Virus record (IMG/VR): IMGVR_UViG_3300011338_000175
Span: 1-38,076 of that record
Length of the DNA stretch: 38,076 nucleotides
Source: a virus
Taxonomy: Duplodnaviria; Caudoviricetes
Reading direction: 5' to 3' (one strand)
Positions within the stretch are counted from its first letter, which is position 1. Each line of letters begins with the position of its first letter. Below, one piece after another: positions 1-6,654 of this stretch. Below the pieces are notes generated by a model, which worked only from the letters and a program-made list of their open reading frames with translations, was not told the DNA's origin and did no database searches. The position numbers and the translations under genes are program-made.

Positions 1-155
1 AATGCCCGAATTTCGTCGCGTGCAGCACGAGTCTCATCCACGCCAGCTTGGAGCGATGCGGCCTCAATGTTAGAGGCTTTTTTAGCTGCGCTGCCCTTTA
101 TTAAAGAGCCGCCAACGCTCACAGCAGCGGTAACACCAGTTACTGGATCAAGCAT
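1..155 (-). CDS. P22 gp7-like ejection protein, allele A, 5' part only (truncated by window edge)
   Basis: Manual translation from ATG 155: MLDPVTGVTAAVSVGGSLIKGSAAKKASNIEAASLQAGVDETRAARDEIRA; RAARDEIRA aligns with RAAREEMRT of 32289..32924; start overlaps the end of the upstream gene. Confidence 0.85.
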   Translation of the reverse strand, partial: MLDPVTGVTAAVSVGGSLIKGSAAKKASNIEAASLQAGVDETRAARDEIRA

Positions 156-609
156 CAGACATTTCCTTCATATATTCCTCAAGGCTTTCGCCATAAAGCT
201 TTAGCACAACGTGACCTATTTCCATTGCGGCTTGTGTGCCGTGAACCAACTGCACTGTAGCAAGCACAATATCATAATATCCAGCACGCCAAACAAAGCT
301 AGTGGCGCACGCATTTCCAGATAGCTCAACGGTGTCAGATGCTTTCCACTTTAGAATCGCTGTGCTGACCAAGGGGAGCAATACAAGCGTGTGGGCTTGA
401 TAGAACGGATTAGACGGCAATCCCACCAATGCGGCCCAGATAGCCATGTCAGCATCGTCGCGGTCTATCTTGTCGCCATCAACAATGTCATCAAAGAGCT
501 GAACAACTTGCCATAGGTCAATAAGCCATTCAACGGCATCTTCGGGCAAAGCTAATGCTTCCACAAAATTCCGACGCAACCAGTATTCAGGCGTTCCGCT
601 TTTAAACAT
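148..609 (-). CDS. DDxxD-motif helical protein, putative isoprenoid-synthase/prenyltransferase-like (variable slot, allele A)
   Basis: QLFDDIVDGD motif in a helical-looking 153-aa protein; ATG 609 preferred because 627..678 is a hairpin shared with the other allele; function is inference. Confidence 0.6.
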   Translation of the reverse strand: MFKSGTPEYWLRRNFVEALALPEDAVEWLIDLWQVVQLFDDIVDGDKIDRDDADMAIWAALVGLPSNPFYQAHTLVLLPLVSTAILKWKASDTVELSGNACATSFVWRAGYYDIVLATVQLVHGTQAAMEIGHVVLKLYGESLEEYMKEMSDA

Positions 610-626
610 AGTAAGCTTTCTACTAC

Positions 627-675
627 TGAGCCACAGGCTGCTCTTAAAAGCTCTGTGGCAAAACCATATCACAAT
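627..675 (-). promoter_or_regulatory. Extended -10-like element plus leader hairpin upstream of the variable gene (copy A)
   Basis: Minus strand TGATATGGT then GCCACAG...CTGTGGC stem (630-636/653-659); conserved at 33832..33880; homology ends right after it. Confidence 0.55.
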
Positions 676-1076
676 CAATCGTCAAATTCAAACTCTCGTT
701 CTTCTTGGGCTTGGCACGAACGAAGATCATGGCAAATGAAGTCGAACTTATGGCAGTAACCACGGAAACCAGCGTCAACGTCCCACTCGTTAAATGGAAT
801 CTTTTCCATCTTAGCTTGGGTCATGGTGCTGTTGTCGTAATACTCACAGTTAGAACATCTGCGACGACGAGCTTCTGTTTCATCACAACGAAACGCATCA
901 GCTAATGCTTGCCAATATTCAGGATTAGCACCACGCTCGTTGCTTGGGTTTTCAGGGCCATGCATCCAATCTTCGATCACGACTTTCGTGTTCTTCTTGT
1001 TCTCAGCAGTGGTAATGAATGGTTCGCTTTCGCGTATACCAGCAAAACCTTCAATTATCATCATTGGCTTTTTCAT
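675..1076 (-). CDS. Conserved phage protein with 5 conserved Cys (CxxC...C...C...C), putative metal/FeS-binding; allele A
   Basis: RCSNCEYY...GYCHKFDFICHDLRSC; 116/133 aa identical to 33880..34281. Confidence 0.75.
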   Translation of the reverse strand: MKKPMMIIEGFAGIRESEPFITTAENKKNTKVVIEDWMHGPENPSNERGANPEYWQALADAFRCDETEARRRRCSNCEYYDNSTMTQAKMEKIPFNEWDVDAGFRGYCHKFDFICHDLRSCQAQEEREFEFDD

Positions 1077-1411
1077 TACGATATTTCCCGTCCAGATGCG
1101 CGGATGTTGATGGCTGTAGCTGTCCCAGCAATCGTGGAAATAAATCCGCCTGTAATAATTACCTGACCGACTAACTCAGGAAACGTATAGGTTTCCGATG
1201 GCTGAAGCGTCTTGGTCTTGACGATAAGGTTGTCATTTCCTGCGCTGCCAGATGCCGCCACCAGGTTTACGCTAATCGTCGCAGCCGTTGCGGTGTAATT
1301 CGTAGCAGTAAACTTGTCGATGATAGCAGTAACGTTTGTCGCAGTATATTGCGCTGTCTGCGTATTCTCAGCAGTCTTTGCTGGAATCAGAACTTTAGTT
1401 GAAACAGCCAT
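1076..1411 (-). CDS. Small beta-rich virion structural protein
   Basis: Thr/Ala-rich 111 aa in tail module, translationally coupled. Confidence 0.75.
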   Translation of the reverse strand: MAVSTKVLIPAKTAENTQTAQYTATNVTAIIDKFTATNYTATAATISVNLVAASGSAGNDNLIVKTKTLQPSETYTFPELVGQVIITGGFISTIAGTATAINIRASGREIS

Positions 1412-1412
1412 A

Positions 1413-2186
1413 TCAAGTCTCCATAGAACTTATATTGTCAGTCACAGTTAAGATGATTGACGGAACGGAAGGATGTACGGCAGATGCCGGATCAGCCAAT
1501 AAAATAACAGATATATCGTCAACTTCCCACATTAATTCAATGTAGTCGCCAGAGTTTAATTCAATGATATAATTCCACCCTACAACTAATTCAGCGTTAT
1601 TACCCTGTATGCGTATTTGTCCAGAGCTGTCAGGAACGTTAACACCGTTCTTGCGTAACCATATCCATACCAATCCAACACCTCCAGCAGTCTTATCTAC
1701 TTGAGCCGAAAACTGTACATTGTAAACATTGGGTCGATCTATATAAATGCGCGAAGTCGGACTACCTCTAGTCACACCAAATGATAAATCTGTTGTGTTA
1801 AAAGTCATTGGATACGCCGTGTTAATAACGGCTGCTGTCTGCGTTGTCGTATCGTAGAAAGAACCGTAGCGAGGTGTGCGATGCTGCTTAGGTGGTGGCA
1901 TCTGCTGAAGCGCCGTTATCTGCTCTTGCAGTGCTGCAATTTGTTCTTGTGATGCCGCTGGTGGCCCTCTGTCTAAAGAGTCCAGAAGCCTTTGAATGCT
2001 GTCATTTGCTTCATTCGCACTGGCATTAGCGGTGCCAGCCTCAATATTAATCTCATCCAGAGTAACGCTGGAGATTGTATCAACGGTAGCAAATAGATTT
2101 TCGAATTGCTTAATCTGCTCGAAGTCCTGAAGGAACGAGGCAAACTGATCTCGTGTCAGACTTAATTTTCTTGGAGTTACAGCCAT
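1413..2186 (-). CDS. Tail needle-like protein (gp26 position): coiled coil plus C-terminal C1q/TNF-like knob
   Basis: Follows gp10; heptads QEQIAALQEQITALQQ; beta domain starting YGSFYDTTTQTA. Confidence 0.6.
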   Translation of the reverse strand: MAVTPRKLSLTRDQFASFLQDFEQIKQFENLFATVDTISSVTLDEINIEAGTANASANEANDSIQRLLDSLDRGPPAASQEQIAALQEQITALQQMPPPKQHRTPRYGSFYDTTTQTAAVINTAYPMTFNTTDLSFGVTRGSPTSRIYIDRPNVYNVQFSAQVDKTAGGVGLVWIWLRKNGVNVPDSSGQIRIQGNNAELVVGWNYIIELNSGDYIELMWEVDDISVILLADPASAVHPSVPSIILTVTDNISSMET

Positions 2187-3598
2187 CAGTAAGCCAACGG
2201 CTCTATTGCCGCCTCTAGCCTAGCAAACGACATATGGGCGTCTGATGTGCCTTGGAAGCGTTGAACGCGCCAGTTACGCATCCATCCTTGGTGGAACCAT
2301 ACAAGCCGCTTTGCACGCTCTCCCGTCTTACCCGCCTTGATAAACTTCTGCTGGCTCCAGTTCTGCCCATCAGTCGAGTAGCTGGTGTTAATGGTTGGGT
2401 CTAAGCCGAACGCAACCGAGCCTGTTAGAGAAACCAGTTCAAGGTTCTGCAATATCGCGCCGCGACCATCATTGTATATAATGGTCGTGCCAAACTCCCA
2501 ACGCACCTTTTCTCCCCAATGCGTTGATATATCCTTTACTAGATACCCAATGTCATTGCTGGTAGGGTCGCCTAGCAACCACTTGTCATAGCACCACACG
2601 AAGTTACGAGCGCGATATACGGCAAAGTCAACAAGGCTGCTTGTCAACGTGAACCACACAGGCTGGCCTAGTTCTTGCGATGCCGCTGCGTCAAATACAA
2701 TCGTGCGATCTGGAAGATGGATATATAGAAGCTCGTGCGCTCTATCGTTCCGTGCCTCTAGCTTTACAGTCGCTAACTGCGCTTCAGTGAATGTAGCCAG
2801 CAGTTCGTCAATCTCTTGCGTGCTGACCTTATTTGCGGTTGCGTTTGCGGCAAGATAAATAGATGGCGCTTCGTTAAAGCCACTACCAAGGAATGCGATG
2901 TTCTCAAGGAATACGCAGCAAGCGTGTGTGCCGACCACGCCCTTTTCGACTTGAGCGCCTTCGATACGTTGAAACGGGAATAGGTCTCCACCACGGTTGT
3001 CAAACACTTCTATGGTGTGACGGTTGAGCGCATAGACTTCATTGCGTAGCTTTAACAGGGCAACCACTGGATCAGGGTCAGCTTCTGACGAACCATATTT
3101 CAGTGGGTTTACTGCGAACGGATTGTTAAGTTCTGTAACCACTAGAAACTCACCATCAGTGGTCATCCAGTAGCCATCCACCCACACTGTATCAAGAACT
3201 ATGCCAAGATCAGGGTCGGTGTTCTGAGCGAGAACTCCTGTTGCTATATCCCACAGGAATAGATTGTTGTTCGACGCAATGCCGATATATTCAAAGCTAT
3301 AGTCTAGCGTAACGTAATTGCCATCATTGCCGACATCGCCTAAGATCGTCACAGCGCCATTACTGGCAACTGATACGAACTTAGAACCCATGACGCGATA
3401 GCATACGTTATTATAGTTTATGCCACCACGATCAATGCCAGGGCCAGTGCCGTTGCCAACAATGCCTTCAGCGGGTCGTAAGAATCCATTACTGATTCCA
3501 TTCGTTTTTGGCACAGGAACAAAGTTCACAGGATAGGACGTTCTAAAGTCTGGCCCGTTGTCTGTAAATATGCCACTCAAGATTGGAATCTGCGTCAT
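2186..3598 (-). CDS. P22 gp10-like tail hub / packaged DNA stabilization protein
   Basis: 470 aa, MTQIPILSG...YPVN start, YGSSEADPDPV, size and synteny. Confidence 0.9.
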   Translation of the reverse strand: MTQIPILSGIFTDNGPDFRTSYPVNFVPVPKTNGISNGFLRPAEGIVGNGTGPGIDRGGINYNNVCYRVMGSKFVSVASNGAVTILGDVGNDGNYVTLDYSFEYIGIASNNNLFLWDIATGVLAQNTDPDLGIVLDTVWVDGYWMTTDGEFLVVTELNNPFAVNPLKYGSSEADPDPVVALLKLRNEVYALNRHTIEVFDNRGGDLFPFQRIEGAQVEKGVVGTHACCVFLENIAFLGSGFNEAPSIYLAANATANKVSTQEIDELLATFTEAQLATVKLEARNDRAHELLYIHLPDRTIVFDAAASQELGQPVWFTLTSSLVDFAVYRARNFVWCYDKWLLGDPTSNDIGYLVKDISTHWGEKVRWEFGTTIIYNDGRGAILQNLELVSLTGSVAFGLDPTINTSYSTDGQNWSQQKFIKAGKTGERAKRLVWFHQGWMRNWRVQRFQGTSDAHMSFARLEAAIEPLAY

Positions 3599-3610
3599 GG
3601 ATATACTCTA

Positions 3611-3742
3611 TTAAAGCAGAATGTAGCCGCCATCTTCAAGAAGCAGGAAGTCGCCATTCTCTTGAAGAAGCGCACCAGGAACGGGGCCACCGCCTGTGTT
3701 AAAGTAACGCAGACGAGTCCGAAGGCGCGTCAGCAGAAACAT
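3611..3742 (-). CDS. 43-aa protein with LLxE(N/D)GxxLL tandem motif (not in ORF track)
   Basis: MFLLTRLRTRLRYFNTGGGPVPGALLQENGDFLLLEDGGYILL; ATG overlaps upstream TAA. Confidence 0.7.
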   Translation of the reverse strand: MFLLTRLRTRLRYFNTGGGPVPGALLQENGDFLLLEDGGYILL

Positions 3743-4044
3743 TAGAAGCCCTCTCCAGGAAGAATGTGGAGCGAACCACCGCCAGCAGGGGCAATGTATG
3801 CGATCCGATCATAATCCAAGAACTTGCTAATGCTTACCTGACCGTTTGGCGGAACCAGATAGTCAGCACTCGTTGCAGCTAGGCCAGCGCCCGTGCCGAT
3901 GCGAACAAAACACTCAACCGAATTACGGCTGGTGATGCACAGAGATGTCACGTTCTTACCAAGAACGGAGTTCGCACTAGCAACGCCAGGAGTTACAGAA
4001 ATACCTTGTCCGTAAGCTGGTGCAAATGTTCTAATATCATCCAT
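3742..4044 (-). CDS. Conserved small virion-associated protein
   Basis: 100 aa, AAGGA RBS, structural module. Confidence 0.7.
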   Translation of the reverse strand: MDDIRTFAPAYGQGISVTPGVASANSVLGKNVTSLCITSRNSVECFVRIGTGAGLAATSADYLVPPNGQVSISKFLDYDRIAYIAPAGGGSLHILPGEGF

Positions 4045-4056
4045 AATTTAATTCCT

Positions 4057-4338
4057 TTACCACTTAACTTTGTCGGCCCAGAATGCCGCGCTCATTTTAC
4101 CTTTAGCTATATTCTTTGCGTGCCTAGACTTAAACGATGCGCGGCGCTTCTTATCGGATTCGCTTTCGCCTTTGCTGGCGGGTGAACCCATTACGCCTTG
4201 CTGCCCGAAGCGGATTGTCTTAACCTTATCACCTTCTTTAGCTACAACAACGTGCGACTTCTTCGGATGCGATGGTGTGCGCTTGGGCTTATTATACCCA
4301 GCGACACCAGCACGAGTAAGGCGCAAATCCTTTTTCAC
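4057..4338 (-). CDS. Small highly basic phage protein
   Basis: Lys/Arg-rich, IRFGQQG...RRASFKSRH...SAAFWA; GTG start. Confidence 0.75.
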   Translation of the reverse strand: MKKDLRLTRAGVAGYNKPKRTPSHPKKSHVVVAKEGDKVKTIRFGQQGVMGSPASKGESESDKKRRASFKSRHAKNIAKGKMSAAFWADKVKW

Positions 4339-4347
4339 TGAGGCGTC

Positions 4348-4470
4348 TTACTTCTTTTTCTTCTTTGCTTTGGTCATCATCATTGACTTGCCAGATTTAG
4401 CAGGGGCTTTCTTTGCCATTGCCATACCCTTTTCGCCGTAGCTATAACCTTTTCCACCGCTCATTTTCAT
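4348..4470 (-). CDS. 40-aa Lys/Met-rich basic peptide (not in ORF track)
   Basis: MKMSGGKGYSYGEKGMAMAKKAPAKSGKSMMMTKAKKKKK; GGAG RBS. Confidence 0.7.
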   Translation of the reverse strand: MKMSGGKGYSYGEKGMAMAKKAPAKSGKSMMMTKAKKKKK

Positions 4471-4497
4471 TTCAATTCTCCATCAACTAAGTTTGAT

Positions 4498-4824
4498 TTA
4501 TCCCACTCTCCACACAGTGCCATCGCTGTATACGGGAACAAAGTTAGCACCCGCGCCAGCAACAGTAGCAGCAAATGTCGTGGTGCTTCCATCAGTAATA
4601 AAAGCCCGTGCGCCAGTGTTACCAACAGGGTTGATAAGCTGGGCAAAGGTTGATGGCGTTGTCTGAACCGAATTACAAACAACAGCGTCAAAGTTTTCCT
4701 CAACATATTCAATAAGGGTTGTGACAGAGCAACGACGAGCATCGCCTTGGTTGGTTACGAATAATGGTAACTGATCTCCGCCAGAGACCTGTGTTACGGT
4801 TGGTAGCTGATTAATGGTAGGCAT
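4498..4824 (-). CDS. Small fibre/appendage-like virion protein
   Basis: N-terminus INQLPTV...GDQLP resembles KISQL...EELP of 24641..25057; C-terminal VYSDGTVWRVG. Confidence 0.65.
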   Translation of the reverse strand: MPTINQLPTVTQVSGGDQLPLFVTNQGDARRCSVTTLIEYVEENFDAVVCNSVQTTPSTFAQLINPVGNTGARAFITDGSTTTFAATVAGAGANFVPVYSDGTVWRVG

Positions 4825-4827
4825 GGT

Positions 4828-5307
4828 TTAACTCCAATCAAGGGGGCCATCAGGCCCAGCATTTACAGAATCATAAGGAATCCGCACATAAGGATTATCC
4901 CACCGCCAAGGCTTGTTGCCCTGACCTAATGGCATTGTTGATGGAAGCTGTTGTTCAAGCGGGAATGTAGCGCGTTGCAGCAATACATTGTAAGCGCCCT
5001 TAGCTGATACCTTAGTGTCAGTCGATACAGTCTTACCATAGCCAGGAGCAATCCGAATGGCTAGGTTGGTGATGATAGCTTCCCATGCGCTGTCAGGCAC
5101 ATTGGTCTCTGTATCTAGGTCGCTGTCTTGTGGGCTGCTTGGCATTGCGTATGCAAGGCGTATGCCAGCAGCGTTCCATTCAGCCATCATAGAATCTAAA
5201 CGGCGCAAAGCGGCCTCTAGCTGTTCAGGCTGAAGGTCAAAGACGTAATCTGCCAAGCCTATTTCTTCAAAGGCTGACGTTACGAACTGGCGCTTTGTAT
5301 ATCCCAT
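4828..5307 (-). CDS. P22 gp4-like head-to-tail adaptor
   Basis: LRRLDSMMAEW, NLAIRIAPGYG, MPLGQGNK motifs; 159 aa. Confidence 0.9.
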   Translation of the reverse strand: MGYTKRQFVTSAFEEIGLADYVFDLQPEQLEAALRRLDSMMAEWNAAGIRLAYAMPSSPQDSDLDTETNVPDSAWEAIITNLAIRIAPGYGKTVSTDTKVSAKGAYNVLLQRATFPLEQQLPSTMPLGQGNKPWRWDNPYVRIPYDSVNAGPDGPLDWS

Positions 5308-5309
5308 AA

Positions 5310-5795
5310 TTATTTTCCAGTTCCAGAATGAGTCATGAGATAATCCGACACAGCAGAAACGCCTTGTGGTTGTGGTCTTTGTTGCTTACCAATTTGCGGC
5401 ACATATCCAATTTGATCCCAATATTTTTTATATAGTTTTGTAAAATTATCAGCCATTTCTGGTGTTTCAAACTTAATAAAATCACGGCGCTTTAAAGCTT
5501 CATCAAAGGCAGCGTCACCATAGTCTTGCAGCTCACCACTTTCATTTAACATCACGCGAGGATAGGCATAAGCCTTTCCGTCTGCTGTTTTATATTCCAT
5601 CTTGTGCGTCATCACCTGCTTTTGTTTTGGATCTTCAGTGTCGGTTGTAACTGGTGCATTAAATGGAAATAGAATACGTTTTACAAATGGCTTTGCGCTG
5701 TTATCACGCAAAACACGTTCAATTCCAGATTGCCTGTATAGCTCATCTTCAAACTCTGAAATTGTTCTATCAGGATTCATATCTCTTGTAGACAT
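5310..5795 (-). CDS. Hypothetical protein inserted upstream of gp4
   Basis: 161-aa ORF, tightly packed, visibly more AT-rich. Confidence 0.7.
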   Translation of the reverse strand: MSTRDMNPDRTISEFEDELYRQSGIERVLRDNSAKPFVKRILFPFNAPVTTDTEDPKQKQVMTHKMEYKTADGKAYAYPRVMLNESGELQDYGDAAFDEALKRRDFIKFETPEMADNFTKLYKKYWDQIGYVPQIGKQQRPQPQGVSAVSDYLMTHSGTGK

Positions 5796-5796
5796 G

Positions 5797-6114
5797 CTAT
5801 ACTTCCAATGCTGACGTTATGCGATCTGACAGCGTTATATCAGAAGTTCGTGCATTAAACGATACCCCTAATTCCTTCGCCTTAACTTCCAGTTCCTCAC
5901 GGCTTGGGCCAGAGACTTCATCAATCTCAACAGCCTTAGCCTTTGGCTTCTTATCTAGCTTGCTTGCAGCAGCTTCATAAGACGCAGACCATCCCTTGGC
6001 GATCAATGCGTCAAATGCTTCCTGATCCGCAGCGCCTCTGTAACCATAGGTCAACCCACGCTTCTTCTTGTGAGGCCCAGGGATGCGATAAAGAATGGTT
6101 GGGAAGTCTGTCAC
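5797..6114 (-). CDS. Post-capsid protein with C-terminal HeH/SAP-like motif
   Basis: SREELEVKAKELGVSFNARTSDITLSDRI. Confidence 0.7.
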   Translation of the reverse strand: MTDFPTILYRIPGPHKKKRGLTYGYRGAADQEAFDALIAKGWSASYEAAASKLDKKPKAKAVEIDEVSGPSREELEVKAKELGVSFNARTSDITLSDRITSALEV

Positions 6115-6260
6115 TTGGTTTTGCCCTTAATGTCCTTGGAGTGGACAAGCTTCTTAGAAGCCTTGCTATGCTCTTTGCCTGTGAACAAAGCAGTGCCCAT
6201 CTTATGAGTGCCGCCTTTCCACTCTGTGCCATTAGGCAAGTAATGCTTTACGCCCTTCAC
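6111..6260 (-). CDS. 49-aa basic His/Lys-rich protein (not in ORF track)
   Basis: MKGVKHYLPNGTEWKGGTHKMGTALFTGKEHSKASKKLVHSKDIKGKTK; GTGA overlaps at both ends. Confidence 0.7.
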   Translation of the reverse strand: MKGVKHYLPNGTEWKGGTHKMGTALFTGKEHSKASKKLVHSKDIKGKTK

Positions 6261-6277
6261 TTGGTTTTGCTCTTGAT
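6111..6277. repeat. 21-bp imperfect direct repeat (6111-6131 / 6257-6277) bracketing the 49-aa gene
   Basis: tcacttggttttgc[c/t]ctt[a/g]at. Confidence 0.75.
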
Positions 6278-6433
6278 TGGCTTGGCAGTCTTTGCCGATG
6301 CAACGAAGTCAGCCTTTGTCGGCGCACCTTTGCTACCAAGCTTCTTCATGCGCTCTGGTGTCTTGCCAGCAGCCTTCTGAGCCTTAATGCGATTCCGTTT
6401 CGCATTGATATTGGCATACAATCCCATCTTCAT
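6257..6433 (-). CDS. 58-aa basic protein, GLYANI.AKR..I...GAPT type (not in ORF track)
   Basis: MKMGLYANINAKRNRIKAQKAAGKTPERMKKLGSKGAPTKADFVASAKTAKPIKSKTK; ATGA overlap. Confidence 0.8.
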   Translation of the reverse strand: MKMGLYANINAKRNRIKAQKAAGKTPERMKKLGSKGAPTKADFVASAKTAKPIKSKTK

Positions 6434-6603
6434 TTCTTTGCCTTCCGCTTAGGAGCCTTCGATGGCTTCCCTGCTTTCATTGCTGCATCGCGTGCTACAT
6501 TGAGCGCAATGGCAATAGCTTGATTTTTAGGGCGACCAGCCTTTTCTTCCATCTTAATATTCTTGCCGATGGTTGCTCGACTAAAACCTTTTTTCAATGG
6601 CAT
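6430..6603 (-). CDS. 57-aa basic protein, QAIAIAL motif (DUF6496-like; not in ORF track)
   Basis: MPLKKGFSRATIGKNIKMEEKAGRPKNQAIAIALNVARDAAMKAGKPSKAPKRKAKK; AAGGAG RBS. Confidence 0.8.
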   Translation of the reverse strand: MPLKKGFSRATIGKNIKMEEKAGRPKNQAIAIALNVARDAAMKAGKPSKAPKRKAKK

Positions 6604-6617
6604 TGGTTCGCTCCTTG

Positions 6618-6650
6618 AAGAAAGAGGGGGAAGCCAAAGCTCCCCCCATC
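6618..6650 (-). terminator. Rho-independent terminator after coat gene
   Basis: GGGGGAGC-TTTG-GCTTCCCCC followed by TCTTTCTT. Confidence 0.75.
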
Positions 6651-6654
6651 CCTA

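Larger units (their letters stand above)
1..4871. repeat. Terminal redundancy, left copy (offset 33,205 to 33206..38076)
   Basis: 1227..4871 appears identical by eye to 34432..38076; 627..1226 is homologous but diverged; 1..626 is a different allele. Confidence 0.95.

Noticed and set aside
610-678. N-terminal 23 codons of ORF 148..678
   Set aside because: Overlaps the conserved noncoding hairpin; in the other allele this stretch is not part of the gene
627-1226. Diversity-generating retroelement (TR/VR pair)
   Set aside because: Differences are not adenine-specific, are largely at third codon positions, and no reverse transcriptase is present
5943-6380. Track ORFs 5943..6380(+) and 6011..6232(-)
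   Set aside because: Shadows of the three coupled small basic genes found manually
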